In this document: one piece after another, positions 19,162 through 29,039 of the stretch
Position numbering within the stretch: position 1 is the stretch's first letter
How the letters are laid out: each line of letters starts with the position of its first letter
Assembly (NCBI GenBank): GCA_045636065.1
Contig: JAZTWW010000015.1
Coordinates: 2,595-66,594 of the forward strand
DNA: 64,000 bases
Direction of reading: 5' to 3'
Source: Kiritimatiellia bacterium
GTDB lineage: Bacteria; Verrucomicrobiota; Kiritimatiellia; RFP12; UBA1067
Notes under the pieces: generated by a model
Databases searched by the model: none
The model's input: the letters and a program-made list of their open reading frames with translations, nothing else
Told to the model about the DNA's origin: nothing
Made by a program: the position numbers and the translations under genes

Positions 19162-20757
19162 ATGTCCCGCCTTATATATCTCTACGGGCCGCCCGGGAGC
19201 GGCAAGTCCACGCTGGGCAAGGTTCTTGCCCGGCGTCTTGGGCTAGATTTCACCGATCTCGATTCGGTGATCGTGGAGAGAGCCGGCGGGACTCCAATCC
19301 CCGAAATATTCGCCCGCGAGGGTGAGGAGGGCTTCAGGGCGCGCGAGCTTTCGGCCCTCAAGTCCATAGCCGCGAAGGGCGGTGCCGTCGTGGCGCTTGG
19401 AGGGGGAGCCCTTCTCTCCCGGGAAGCGCACCTGGTGGCGGAGGATTCGGGCGACATCCTCTTTCTCGACGTCCCCGCGGGCATCATCGAGCGGCGGATA
19501 ATGGCCGAGGCGGGAACGAGGCCTCTCGCCGACAGGGCCGCGAAGATCAGATCCCTCCTTGAGGCGCGTAGCGCGCATTACACGAGCTTCCATCTCCGCC
19601 TCGTCCAGACGGACGGCGACGAGGATGTCGAAAGCCGGGCTTCGCGCGCCGAGGCGATCCTCGGTCGCTTCAGGATCGACGCCTTTGGAATTCCAAGCGA
19701 CATTTTCGTAAGGCGCGGGCTTTTGAGGGAAGTCGGCGCGCTCGCATCCGGGAGGATCCCCGCCCGCCGCGCAGTGGCCGTAATAGACCGCAATACAGGC
19801 AACACGTCCATGCCGGCCATCGCATCGATGGAGGCGGCCGGGATATCGGTTTCACCGCTCGTTCTCGATCTCGGGGAGGAGCGGAAGACTCTCGCCACCG
19901 TCCAGCTCATCTGGGATGCCTGCTTCAAGGCAGGGCTCGGGCGCAGGGATTTCCTCGTCGCGTTCGGAGGCGGCGTCACGGGCGATCTCACGGGATTCGC
20001 CGCCGCCACATGGATGCGTGGGATCGACTGGGTGAACATCCCAACGAGCGTCCTTTCGATGGTCGATGCCTCGACGGGCGGGAAGACGGGATTCGACATC
20101 CCGGGCGGAAAGAACATGATCGGTGCCTTCCATCCTCCAAGGCTGGTGGCGATCGATCCCGATTCGCTTTTCACCCTCCCTGAGTGCGAGACGCGCTCGG
20201 GCCTCGCCGAGGCGATAAAGCACGGCCTTCTCGCCGACAGCGGCCTTGTGGAATCGCTTGTGGAGGGCATCTCCACGAACTGGCGCACGGACGATGCCGA
20301 GTTTGTCGCCGGCACGCTCGACGCAAACCGCATTCCCGTCGAGACGCTTTCGAGGGCGCTTGCCGTAAAGGTGGCCGTAGTACGCAAGGACCCGGGCGAG
20401 AGGCTGGGCCTCAGGGCTAAGCTCAATCTCGGGCATACGTTCGGCCATGCGATAGAGGTGGCGACGGGATACCTGGTAAAGCACGGCGAGGCCGTGGCGA
20501 TAGGGTGCGTCGAGGCTGCGCGCCTCGCGAGGCGTCTTTTCCCGGACGAGGTGGATGCCGCGTGGCCTCAATACGTGAAGGGCGTTTTCCTGAAGGCGGG
20601 GCTTCCCGTGGAGCTTCCTTGCGGGGTGACGCTCGAAAGCCTCAAGCCGATAATGGCCGGCGACAAGAAGAAGGGCGACGGAGGCACGGTCTCGTTCGTC
20701 CTTCCGTTCGCGCCGGAGGATGCAAGGCTCGTTCCGCTTCGCGTGGAGGAGCTTTAG
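19162..20757 (+). CDS. aroKB: bifunctional shikimate kinase / 3-dehydroquinate synthase fusion
   Basis: The N-terminal part has the P-loop GPPGSGKST plus LDFTDLD (AroK). The C-terminal ~360 aa carry AroB motifs GGGVTGDLTGFAAA, VDASTGGKTG and LNLGHTFGHA. Confidence 0.9.
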   Translation: MSRLIYLYGPPGSGKSTLGKVLARRLGLDFTDLDSVIVERAGGTPIPEIFAREGEEGFRARELSALKSIAAKGGAVVALGGGALLSREAHLVAEDSGDILFLDVPAGIIERRIMAEAGTRPLADRAAKIRSLLEARSAHYTSFHLRLVQTDGDEDVESRASRAEAILGRFRIDAFGIPSDIFVRRGLLREVGALASGRIPARRAVAVIDRNTGNTSMPAIASMEAAGISVSPLVLDLGEERKTLATVQLIWDACFKAGLGRRDFLVAFGGGVTGDLTGFAAATWMRGIDWVNIPTSVLSMVDASTGGKTGFDIPGGKNMIGAFHPPRLVAIDPDSLFTLPECETRSGLAEAIKHGLLADSGLVESLVEGISTNWRTDDAEFVAGTLDANRIPVETLSRALAVKVAVVRKDPGERLGLRAKLNLGHTFGHAIEVATGYLVKHGEAVAIGCVEAARLARRLFPDEVDAAWPQYVKGVFLKAGLPVELPCGVTLESLKPIMAGDKKKGDGGTVSFVLPFAPEDARLVPLRVEEL

Positions 20758-20785
20758 AATGTTTTTCTGGAAAGGTGGAAAGAAG

Positions 20786-21370
20786 ATGGAAGAAGAGTTG
20801 AAGAAGGATGAAAGCGTCCAGGAAGGCGCCGAATCCGGGGAGAGGACCGAAGAGGCCGCCGGGAAGGCGCCCCAGGAGACCGAGGGCGGCGAGGCTGCCG
20901 GGGAGACCGCCAAGGCCGCGGCCGAGGAGGCTGCGCCTCAGGACGAGGCCGCGCAGTGGAAGGACAAGTACATGCGCACGATGGCGGATTTCGACAATTT
21001 CCGCAAGCGCACGGCGCGCGACCGCGAGGACCTTTTCAAGCAGGCCGCATCCGACGTCATAAAGGACATCCTCCCCACGGTGGACAACCTCGAGCTTGCG
21101 CTTTCCAAGGCGCAGAAGGACGATCCTTTCACAAAAGGCGTGCAGATGGTATACGATGGGCTCGTCAAGATGCTTGAGGGGCACGGCGCGAAGAGGCTCG
21201 ATGCCCTTGGCGAGGTGCTAGACCCCAACTTCCACCAGGCGATTGCCACGCTCCCGAGCGAGGACGTCAAGGAAGGGTGCATAATGACCGAGGTCAAGAA
21301 GGGCTGGCTTCTCAACGGCAAGCTCCTCAGGGCCGCGCAGGTTGTGGTGAGCGCCGGGAAGGCGAACTAG
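20786..21370 (+). CDS. grpE: nucleotide exchange factor GrpE
   Basis: Contains YMRTMADFDNFRKRTARD and the C-terminal GWLLNGKLLRAAQVVV. ATG 20786 is preceded by AAAGGTGG. Confidence 0.9.
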   Translation: MEEELKKDESVQEGAESGERTEEAAGKAPQETEGGEAAGETAKAAAEEAAPQDEAAQWKDKYMRTMADFDNFRKRTARDREDLFKQAASDVIKDILPTVDNLELALSKAQKDDPFTKGVQMVYDGLVKMLEGHGAKRLDALGEVLDPNFHQAIATLPSEDVKEGCIMTEVKKGWLLNGKLLRAAQVVVSAGKAN

Positions 21371-21424
21371 TAATGGAGGCAGGCCGGCCGGATCAAGGAG
21401 CCGGGCTCTTTCAAGAGGTGAGAT

Positions 21425-22609
21425 ATGGCTGAAAAGAGAGACTACTACGAAGTCCTGGGTGTATCCAAGACGGCCAGCGCGGACGAGATAAAGAGCGCCT
21501 ACCGCAAGCTTGCGATGAAGTGGCATCCGGACCGCAACCCCGACAATCCCGACGCGAAGAACAAGTTCGCCGAGATATCCGAGGCGTACGAAGTCCTGTC
21601 CAGCCCCGAGAAGCGCGCCAACTACGACCGCTTCGGCCATCAGGGCGTGAACTTCGGGCCTGGCGGATTCAACTTCGGCCGCGACTTCTCGCACTTCCAG
21701 GATGTGGACTTGAACGACATCCTGAGCGGGCTTTTCGGCGGCGGTGGCGGCGGGTTCAGCTTCGGCGACATGTTCGGCGGCGGAAGGCGCCGCGAGGTCG
21801 ATCCCAACGCGCCCGAGCGCGGCGACGACATGACGATGCAGCTTGAGATCGACTTCGAGGAGGCGATCTTCGGAAGCGAGCGCACGCTGGAGCTCAAGCT
21901 CCCCGACCAGTGCCCCGAGTGCCACGGCACCGGCGCCGCCAAGGGCGCGAAGCGCGTTACGTGCCCCACATGCCAGGGCCGCGGGCAGATCGTGGGCGGG
22001 CACGGGTTCTTCCAGGTTAGGCAGACGTGCCCCAAGTGCGGCGGAACGGGCAGCACCGTCGAGAAGCCCTGCCCCAAGTGCAGGGGCGAAGGCCAGGTGA
22101 GGACCCCGAGGAAGCTTTCGCTCAGGATCCCGCCGGGCGTCGATACGGGAAGCCGCCTTAGGCTCAGCGGCAAGGGCGCCGGCGGCTTGAGGGGCGGCGA
22201 GAATGGCGATCTGTACGTGATCCTCCGCGTAAGGGACAGCGAGATATTCGAGCGCGAAGGTACGGATCTCGCCGTTGACGTTCCGATTTCGCCCATCCTC
22301 GCGGCTCTCGGCGGAACGGTCGAGGTCCCGACTCCCGAGGGCAACGCCGAGGTCAAGCTTTCGCCCGGCACGCCGAACGGCAAGGTGCTCCGTTTGAGGG
22401 GCAAGGGCGCGCCGAGCCTGAGAGGCGGGGCTACGGGCGATCTCCTCGCAAGGATCGTCATCGAAACGCCGATGCGCCTTTCCGGCGAGCAGCGCGATCT
22501 CCTCGACAAGGTGGCAAAGTCGTTCAAGAAGGACAACTTCCCCGAGCAGCAGGATTTCGCGGCGCGTCTCAAGAAGTTCTACTCGCACCGCGACAAGCTC
22601 CGCAGCTGA
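21425..22609 (+). CDS. dnaJ: molecular chaperone DnaJ
   Basis: J-domain with HPDRN, a G/F region, and four CxxCxGxG zinc motifs. Confidence 0.97.
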   Translation: MAEKRDYYEVLGVSKTASADEIKSAYRKLAMKWHPDRNPDNPDAKNKFAEISEAYEVLSSPEKRANYDRFGHQGVNFGPGGFNFGRDFSHFQDVDLNDILSGLFGGGGGGFSFGDMFGGGRRREVDPNAPERGDDMTMQLEIDFEEAIFGSERTLELKLPDQCPECHGTGAAKGAKRVTCPTCQGRGQIVGGHGFFQVRQTCPKCGGTGSTVEKPCPKCRGEGQVRTPRKLSLRIPPGVDTGSRLRLSGKGAGGLRGGENGDLYVILRVRDSEIFEREGTDLAVDVPISPILAALGGTVEVPTPEGNAEVKLSPGTPNGKVLRLRGKGAPSLRGGATGDLLARIVIETPMRLSGEQRDLLDKVAKSFKKDNFPEQQDFAARLKKFYSHRDKLRS

Positions 22610-22640
22610 GCGGCCCGGCGAGAAGAAAGGCTCTCTGCAA

Positions 22641-23387
22641 ATGCACAGGCTCCTCGTTGAAGGCGATGCGCTTGAAGCTTCGCGCCCCCAGCTTGGGCGC
22701 GAGGCTTCGCGTCATCTCAAGGTGGTGCGGCTTAAGCCGGGGGAGACGGTGGAGCTTTTCGACGGGATGGGACGCACGCGCCTTTTTGAAGCCGGGCCGG
22801 ACGGGAGCCTCTCGGCGAAGGGCGGGATAAAGTCTTTCCCTGCGCCAAAGGCCGCCCTCAGGCTCTTCGCCTGCGTCACCAAAGGTTCAAGATGGGACTG
22901 GACTATCGAGAAGGCGGTGGAGCTTGGCGTAACCTCCATCGTGCCCGTGATCTCCGAAAGGTGCATCGTCAGGGTCGATCCCTCCGAGCGTGCGGCAAAG
23001 CGCGAGAGATGGCTCAAGATAGCGGCGGAGGCCGCAAGGCAGAGCGATGCGGTGTGGCTTCCCGAGATTGTGGAGCCGGTCTCGTTCGATGGGGCGATCG
23101 AGCTTGTCAAGGCGTCGGGGCACGTGTTCGCGGGAGCTCTCATGAAGCCTGAGCCGCCGCCTCTTGTGGATGCGGCGATGGCCGTAGGGCGTGACTCGGA
23201 CATGGGCGCATTCGTGGGCCCCGAGGGCGATTTCACGCCTGAGGAGCTTGGAAGGCTGCTTGAAGTCGCCATGCCGGTTTCGTTCGGCCCCACGATCCTG
23301 AGGGCCGAGACGGCCGCGATATTCGCCATTTCCGTCCTTGCCGCGCGGCGCATGTCATTGGGCGGGGCAGGATCCTCCCGGGAGTGA
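22641..23387 (+). CDS. rsmE: 16S rRNA (uracil1498-N3)-methyltransferase
   Basis: RsmE-like layout: HRLLVEG... PUA-like N-terminus and a C-terminal SPOUT knot GPEGDFTPEE...FGPTILRAETA. Confidence 0.85.
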   Translation: MHRLLVEGDALEASRPQLGREASRHLKVVRLKPGETVELFDGMGRTRLFEAGPDGSLSAKGGIKSFPAPKAALRLFACVTKGSRWDWTIEKAVELGVTSIVPVISERCIVRVDPSERAAKRERWLKIAAEAARQSDAVWLPEIVEPVSFDGAIELVKASGHVFAGALMKPEPPPLVDAAMAVGRDSDMGAFVGPEGDFTPEELGRLLEVAMPVSFGPTILRAETAAIFAISVLAARRMSLGGAGSSRE

Positions 23388-23390
23388 TCG

Positions 23391-24194
23391 ATGACACCTG
23401 ACGATGCCAGCGTTCTAAGGCGCCTTGCCGACAGGTACGAGACGGCCGGCTTCCTTGAAGGCGACCCATCCTGGTTCATGCATCAGGTGGAAGGGGACCT
23501 AAACCGCGAAGCGACGGCCTTTACGGCATCTGCGCTTAGCTTCGGATCGAGGCCGCAGTTCATGGCGAAGGTGGCGTGGATCCTTGAAAGGGCGAACTGC
23601 GACGTCGACGCCTGGATAAGGCGAGGGGCGTTCTCCCGCGATTTCAGGGATGGCGACCAAAGCCCATTCTATAGGTTTTTCACATACGGTTGCATGCATT
23701 CCTTCTTCAAGGCGTACTCGCGCATCATGGAGGCGCATGGAAGCCTGGGCTCGCTTGTGAGATCCCGCGCATCGACGGGGCTTGAAGCCGTCAAGGCCAT
23801 AACGGAGGCTTTCCGCGAGGCGGGCTCCTCGGGAGTCGTGCCGATGGACGCGAAGTCGGCCTGCAAGAGGATATGCATGTTCCTAAGGTGGATGTCGCGC
23901 GACGGCTCCCCGGTGGACATCGGGCTCTGGAGCGGTTTCCTGCCGAAATCGACGCTTGTCATGCCGATGGACACGCATGTCGTCGCCCAGGCGAAGGGCC
24001 TTGGGCTCCTTCGCGGATGTTCGCAGTCGATGTGCGCCGCGAGGCGGCTTACGGCCGAGATGGCGAAGATATTCCCGGGCGATCCCCTCAAGGGAGATTT
24101 CGCGCTTTTCGGGGTGGGCGTAACGGGGAGCGGCGAGCTTTCCGGCTGCGCCGGGCAGGATTTAACGGTCCAAAGGGATTCAACGGTCCAATGA
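23391..24194 (+). CDS. TIGR02757/DUF2400-family uncharacterised protein
   Basis: As I remember the family: DPSWFMHQ, RPQF, KRICMFLRWMSR and PMDTHV motifs in a ~260-aa protein. Confidence 0.65.
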   Translation: MTPDDASVLRRLADRYETAGFLEGDPSWFMHQVEGDLNREATAFTASALSFGSRPQFMAKVAWILERANCDVDAWIRRGAFSRDFRDGDQSPFYRFFTYGCMHSFFKAYSRIMEAHGSLGSLVRSRASTGLEAVKAITEAFREAGSSGVVPMDAKSACKRICMFLRWMSRDGSPVDIGLWSGFLPKSTLVMPMDTHVVAQAKGLGLLRGCSQSMCAARRLTAEMAKIFPGDPLKGDFALFGVGVTGSGELSGCAGQDLTVQRDSTVQ

Positions 24195-24208
24195 AAGGAG
24201 AGAAGGGT

Positions 24209-24751
24209 ATGGCTGAAACGGAATTCGACAGGCTCGTCAAGACAAGGCGCAGCTACAGGAAGTTCAAGGGCGAGGTCCCGGCGAAGGAGCTCGTCGATCA
24301 GGTGGTCGAGGCGGGGCTTCGCGCACCTTCCGGCCGCAGGAAGCAGACTGGCATTGTCGTCAGAATCGACGATACGGCTGTAAGGAAGGAGCTTATAGCG
24401 GTAAACGCCGCCATCAGGGGCGAGCCGCCGCCCGGCCGCGTGTTCGACCCGTTCTACGGCGCTCCCGTCATTCTTCTCGTCATCGCCGAGAAGAAGCCAG
24501 AATCGACGCCTGTATACGACGGTACGCTCACTCTCGGCAACATGCTTTTAAAGGCGCACGAGCTCGGTCTTGCCGGGTGCTGGATCCATAGGGCGCGCGA
24601 GGAGATGGAAGGTCCATTCGGGCGCATGCTCCTTGAAAGGCTTGGCCTCAAGGGGGAATACGAGGGGATCGGCCATCTTGCCCTCGGCTATCCGGACGGT
24701 CCAGAGCCCCAGCCCTACGACATCGCCCCCGGCCGGTACCTGAGCGTCTGA
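24209..24751 (+). CDS. nitroreductase-family oxidoreductase
   Basis: Contains RRSYRKFKGEVP and LGLAGCWI. AAAGGAG lies 8 nt upstream of ATG 24209; the alternative ATG 24191 overlaps the upstream stop (ATGA). Confidence 0.8.
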   Translation: MAETEFDRLVKTRRSYRKFKGEVPAKELVDQVVEAGLRAPSGRRKQTGIVVRIDDTAVRKELIAVNAAIRGEPPPGRVFDPFYGAPVILLVIAEKKPESTPVYDGTLTLGNMLLKAHELGLAGCWIHRAREEMEGPFGRMLLERLGLKGEYEGIGHLALGYPDGPEPQPYDIAPGRYLSV

Positions 24752-24780
24752 CCGGGCGCGCGCGCCGGAGCAGGTCGCAA

Positions 24781-24823
24781 CTGACGTCTTTTTGGATGGC
24801 GAATCCAGACGTCAGCATTTTTG
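24781..24823 (+). terminator. intrinsic terminator
   Basis: A perfect 9-bp stem, CTGACGTCT (24781-24789) / AGACGTCAG (24807-24815), with a 17-nt loop, followed by cattttt. Confidence 0.7.
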
Positions 24824-24825
24824 GC

Positions 24826-24854
24826 TTGAAATTTTTCCGATTTTCATGTATTAT
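24826..24854 (+). promoter_or_regulatory. rpsT promoter
   Basis: TTGAAA (24826-24831), a 17-nt spacer, then TATTAT (24849-24854). AGGAG at 24881-24885 precedes ATG 24895. Confidence 0.6.
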
Positions 24855-24894
24855 ATACGGCAATTGTCTTTAGGCAAACTAGGAGTTAAGAACA

Positions 24895-25194
24895 ATGGCG
24901 AACATCAAAGGCGGCCGTCCCGCCCGTAAGCGTGACAGGCAGGCCGCCAAGGCGAACAAGCGCAATGTGGCGGTCAAGGCGCGTCTGCACAGTGAGCACA
25001 AGAAGCTTTTCAAGAAGGCCGATGCCGGCGACCAGCCCGCAACGGAGGAGGCGCTCAAGAAGTTCGTGAGCGACCTCGACAAGGCCGTCAAGAAGGGCAT
25101 CATCAAGAAGAACACGGCTGACCGCAAGAAGTCCCGCGCCCAGCTCAAGGTGAACAAGGCCAAGGCCGCCGCTGCGGCTCCCGAGGCCAAGTGA
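24895..25194 (+). CDS. rpsT: 30S ribosomal protein bS20
   Basis: [24 protein letters not shown]..., a basic ~99-aa protein with the typical S20 N-terminus. Confidence 0.93.
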   Translation: MANIKGGRPARKRDRQAAKANKRNVAVKARLHSEHKKLFKKADAGDQPATEEALKKFVSDLDKAVKKGIIKKNTADRKKSRAQLKVNKAKAAAAAPEAK

Positions 25195-25228
25195 ATCGAA
25201 CCTGTCCGTTCTACGAAAGGGAACTATA

Positions 25229-26521
25229 ATGGCTAAGAAGACTCTCCGCGACGTCGAGCTCAAGGGCAAGCGCGTCGTGATGCGTGTGGATTTCAACGTT
25301 CCGATGGCCAAGGACGGCAGCGGCAAGATCACGGACGATACGCGCGTCCAGGCCGCTCTCCCCTCCATCAGGTATGTCCTCGAGCAGGGTGCTAGCCTCG
25401 TTCTGATGTCGCACCTCGGCCGTCCGAAGGGCAAGGGCTACGAGGCCGAGTTCTCGCTCAAGCCCGTCGCGGAGCATCTCGCCGCCGTTCTCGGACAGGA
25501 AGTCAAGTTCGCGCCCGACTGCATGGCCGCCGACGATATCGTCTCCGCCCTCAAGCCCGGCGAGGTCGTTCTTCTCGAGAACACCCGCTTCTACAAGGCC
25601 GAGGACGGCAAGGTGAAGAAGGATGACGAGAAGAAGGGCATCCACCTCACCGACGAGGAGTTCGCCCAGAAGAAGGCCGAGCTCAAGGCCGCGCGCCAGG
25701 CGATGGCCCAGAAGCTCGCTGGCTACGGCGACGTCTACGCCAACGACGCGTTCGGCACGGCCCACCGCGCCCATGCCTCCACGGCCGTCATCGCCGACTA
25801 TCTCCAGCCCGCCGTCTCCGGCTTCCTTCTCGAGAAGGAGCTCAAGTTCCTCGGCGAAGCCGTCGAGAATCCCGTCAGGCCCTTCGTCGCCATCCTCGGC
25901 GGCGCCAAGGTGAGCGACAAGCTCAAGGTCATCAAGAACCTGCTCGGCAAGGTCGATACGCTCATCGTCGCCGGCGGCATGGCCTACACCTTCAAGAAGG
26001 GTCAGGGCATGAAGATCGGCAACTCGCTCTGCGAGGACGATCAGGTCGACTACTGCCGCCAGATGATGGATGAGGCGGCCGCGAAGGGCGTAAAGATCCT
26101 TCTCCCTGTCGACAATGTGATCGCCGACAAGTTCCCTGCCGAAAAGGACGCAAGCGACATCAAGATCGAAGTCTGCGATGGCGACATTCCCGACGGCTGG
26201 ATGGGTCTCGATATCGGTCCTAAGTCGGTCGCTCTCTTCTCCGAGGCGATCAAGGCCGCCAAGACGGTCGTCTGGAACGGCCCGATGGGATGCTTCGAGT
26301 TTGCGCCTCTCGCCAAGGGCACCTTCGGCGTATGCGATGCAGTCGCAACGGTCAAGGCCAACGGCGGAGTCTCGATCATCGGCGGCGGCGACAGCGTCAG
26401 CGCCGTCAAGAAGAGCGGCAAGGCCGCCGAGATGACACACATCTCCACCGGCGGCGGCGCAAGTCTCGAGTTCCTCGAAGGCAAGACCCTTCCCGGAGTC
26501 GCAGCTCTGAACGACAGGTAA
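25229..26521 (+). CDS. pgk: phosphoglycerate kinase (long form)
   Basis: Contains [28 protein letters not shown] and GGGDS. Confidence 0.97.
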   Translation: MAKKTLRDVELKGKRVVMRVDFNVPMAKDGSGKITDDTRVQAALPSIRYVLEQGASLVLMSHLGRPKGKGYEAEFSLKPVAEHLAAVLGQEVKFAPDCMAADDIVSALKPGEVVLLENTRFYKAEDGKVKKDDEKKGIHLTDEEFAQKKAELKAARQAMAQKLAGYGDVYANDAFGTAHRAHASTAVIADYLQPAVSGFLLEKELKFLGEAVENPVRPFVAILGGAKVSDKLKVIKNLLGKVDTLIVAGGMAYTFKKGQGMKIGNSLCEDDQVDYCRQMMDEAAAKGVKILLPVDNVIADKFPAEKDASDIKIEVCDGDIPDGWMGLDIGPKSVALFSEAIKAAKTVVWNGPMGCFEFAPLAKGTFGVCDAVATVKANGGVSIIGGGDSVSAVKKSGKAAEMTHISTGGGASLEFLEGKTLPGVAALNDR

Positions 26522-26539
26522 GCGCGCAAGCGCAAGCAA

Positions 26540-26572
26540 GGGGCGGATTCGCTTAGGCGGTCCGCCCTTTTC
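26540..26572 (+). terminator. intrinsic terminator after pgk
   Basis: Stem GGGCGGA (26541-26547) / TCCGCCC (26561-26567), followed by ttttc. Confidence 0.6.
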
Positions 26573-26612
26573 GGCTTCAATCAGGGAATGAGGCATAGAT
26601 GGGAATAAAGCC

Positions 26613-28280
26613 ATGACGATACGCTCGTATCTCGAAAGGTGCGCTTCCGAAGCGCCAAACAGGAAAGCTATCCTATACTTCGAGGGGAAGAAGCCCGTGT
26701 CGAAGACGTGGGCGGAGTTCCTTGAAGGTGTCAGGCGCATCGGTTCCGGATACGGCGAGAGCTTCAGGCTCGATCCCGCCGCCGACCGTACGGCGATCAT
26801 CCTCCCTAACAGCCCCGACTGGATGGAGGCGTATCTCGGCATGGCCGGGGCCGGTATCGCCGTAATACCCGTCGATCCCAAGCTCCATAACGACGAAGTC
26901 AGATACATACTCCAGGATGCGGGTGTCGCGGTCGTCACCACCGACCGCGAACACCTTGAGATGATGCGCGCGATAGTGCCGTCCCTGCCGGCGGTGCGCG
27001 CGGTGGTGCTGGTGGACGCGGACGGCTCCGAGACGTTCGATGCGATCGGCCCCGTTCCCGTGTACGGATACGAGGCGTTGAAGGATTCCGCCAAGTCCAC
27101 CGGGTGGTACGATTCGCACGTCTGCAGCGAGAGCGACATAGCCTCGATCATCTACACTTCCGGGACGACCGGAAAGCCCAAGGGCGCGATGCTGACGCAC
27201 GGGAACTTCACGGCCGATGCCGAGGGCGCCCTTGCCGCGTTCGAGGGCATGGCGAGCTCGCGCGACCGCTTCTGCGTGATACTGCCGCTTTTCCATGCAT
27301 TCAGCTTCTGCACGAATTTCGTGGTGCCGCTTGCGATCGGCGCGCAGATGGCGTTCGTGAGATCGATCTACACCATCGGCGAGGACGTCAAGATCCTCAA
27401 GCCCACCATGGTGATGTCGGTGCCGCTTCTCGCGGAAAAGATCTTCGACAAGATCGATGCCGCCATAAAGAAGAGCTCCAAGGCTCAGTGGCTCATCAGG
27501 CTCGGGCTAAAGTGTCTCGTCTCCAGGGGCGTAAAGAAGGGGCTTGGCGGAAGGATCCGCTTCATGGTCGTTGGCGGAGCGCCTTGCCCGAGGCACGTCC
27601 TTGAAGGCTGGGCTGCGATTGGCGTGCCGGTCCTCGAAGGCTACGGCCTTACGGAATGCGCTCCCGTCGTCAGCATCTCCAACGTCAAGCGTTCGAGGAT
27701 CGGAACGATAGGCGAGAAGCTCAGGAACATAGAGATCCGCCTTGCCGACATGAACGAGAACGGCGTGGGCGAGCTTCAGGTCAAGGGCCCGATAACCATG
27801 AAGGGCTATTGGCGCAACGAAGAGGCCACCAGGGAGTCGTTCGACGGCGAATGGCTCAAGACGGGCGATCTCGCGAGCGTCGACGACGACGGCCACATAA
27901 CGATACGCGGGCGAAAGAAGGCCCTTATCGTGAACCGCGAGGGCAAGAACATCTACCCGGAGGAGGTCGAGAACGCGATCGCGTCCGACCAGATCGTCGC
28001 GGACTGCGTGGTTGTCGGCTATACGACAGGCGGCATCCCGGGCGAGAAGGTCGGCTGCGTCGTACACCCCGACGAGGATCTCCTCAAGGCCCAGAACGGC
28101 GGCAAGCCAATGGAGTGGTGCGAGATGGAGAAGATAGCCTCCGAGCACGTTCACCGCTGCTGCGCCGGGCTTGCCGACTACAAGCGCGTCAGGAAGATTG
28201 TAGTTTCTCACGTTCCGCTTGAGCGCACGTCCGTCCAGAAGGTGCGCCGCGTGGCATACAAGGGAACTCTGGACGAGTAG
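26613..28280 (+). CDS. long-chain fatty-acid--CoA ligase-like AMP-binding enzyme
   Basis: Contains YTSGTTGKPKGAMLTHGN, GYGLTE, GDLASVDDDGHITIRGRKK and a C-terminal ...VQKVRR. Confidence 0.9.
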   Translation: MTIRSYLERCASEAPNRKAILYFEGKKPVSKTWAEFLEGVRRIGSGYGESFRLDPAADRTAIILPNSPDWMEAYLGMAGAGIAVIPVDPKLHNDEVRYILQDAGVAVVTTDREHLEMMRAIVPSLPAVRAVVLVDADGSETFDAIGPVPVYGYEALKDSAKSTGWYDSHVCSESDIASIIYTSGTTGKPKGAMLTHGNFTADAEGALAAFEGMASSRDRFCVILPLFHAFSFCTNFVVPLAIGAQMAFVRSIYTIGEDVKILKPTMVMSVPLLAEKIFDKIDAAIKKSSKAQWLIRLGLKCLVSRGVKKGLGGRIRFMVVGGAPCPRHVLEGWAAIGVPVLEGYGLTECAPVVSISNVKRSRIGTIGEKLRNIEIRLADMNENGVGELQVKGPITMKGYWRNEEATRESFDGEWLKTGDLASVDDDGHITIRGRKKALIVNREGKNIYPEEVENAIASDQIVADCVVVGYTTGGIPGEKVGCVVHPDEDLLKAQNGGKPMEWCEMEKIASEHVHRCCAGLADYKRVRKIVVSHVPLERTSVQKVRRVAYKGTLDE

Positions 28281-28292
28281 GGAGGTCTTGCC

Positions 28293-29039
28293 ATGGCCGG
28301 TAAAAGAGGATGGATGGTCGCGCCCGTCTTTGCGGCGCTTTTCATTGCCGCGTTCGTTTCATGCTGGCTTTACATCGACCCCGCTCAGCTCATCCTGTTT
28401 TTCGACCAGGGAGGCTTCGCTCCCGTCGAGCTTATGACGATTCCGCTTTTCGCGGCGATCGTCCCTCTCGTGTGGCTCTGCTGCCCGTTCTCGGGCGGGC
28501 GTATGCGCAAGTTCGCGCTCAGCCTCGCGGTGAGCGTCCTTGCGATCCTCGCGATAGCAAAGGAGCTCGATCTTCACATAGCGTTCATTGAGTGGCTCTA
28601 CCCCGAGGTGGCGGACTACCATGGAACGCCGTTCAAGATGAAGTTCCTCACGAAGACGGACTATCCCATCGGCGCGAAGGCCGTGGTAGTGGCGTATTTC
28701 GGCATCCTCTTCACAATCGGCGGATATGCCATCGTAAGGTACCTGAAGCCGCTTTTCAAGGGTTTCTTCAAGCTTCACCCCGCGTCATGGAGCGTCGCGT
28801 TCATGGGCGGCAGCGGAGTGGTCGTGCAGATCTCCGACAGGCTTCCTGCGATGCTGCGCAAGCTTGGCTGGCTCAGCGTCGAGACGATGGACAAGCATAC
28901 CGGCAGCGCGGCGGCGCTCATGAAGGTGTTCGAGGAGGGTTCCGAGATGGCTCTTGCCGTCTTCGCCCTTATCGCGATACTCCAGGCGCACATGATATAC
29001 AATCCCCCCGCTGCGGAAAGTCCGTATAAAACCTTATGA
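28293..29039 (+). CDS. polytopic membrane protein, unknown function
   Basis: 248 aa with about 6 hydrophobic segments. It starts 12 nt after the ligase stop and overlaps the next gene by ATGA. I recognise no family. Confidence 0.6.
   Translation: MAGKRGWMVAPVFAALFIAAFVSCWLYIDPAQLILFFDQGGFAPVELMTIPLFAAIVPLVWLCCPFSGGRMRKFALSLAVSVLAILAIAKELDLHIAFIEWLYPEVADYHGTPFKMKFLTKTDYPIGAKAVVVAYFGILFTIGGYAIVRYLKPLFKGFFKLHPASWSVAFMGGSGVVVQISDRLPAMLRKLGWLSVETMDKHTGSAAALMKVFEEGSEMALAVFALIAILQAHMIYNPPAAESPYKTL

Noticed and set aside
20700-21424. HrcA/CIRCE operator (TTAGCACTC-N9-GAGTGCTAA) controlling grpE-dnaJ, and the missing dnaK
   Set aside because: No CIRCE-like inverted repeat is visible upstream of grpE or dnaJ. 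grpE-dnaJ adjacency with dnaK elsewhere is a known arrangement, for example in Bacteroidota, so it is not anomalous.
25229-26521. ~30-aa insertion in Pgk (…[43 protein letters not shown]…) as a novelty
   Set aside because: As I recall, a comparable Lys/Glu-rich insertion at the same position is normal for the long Pgk form of Bacteroidota and related phyla. It is a lineage marker rather than a new feature.
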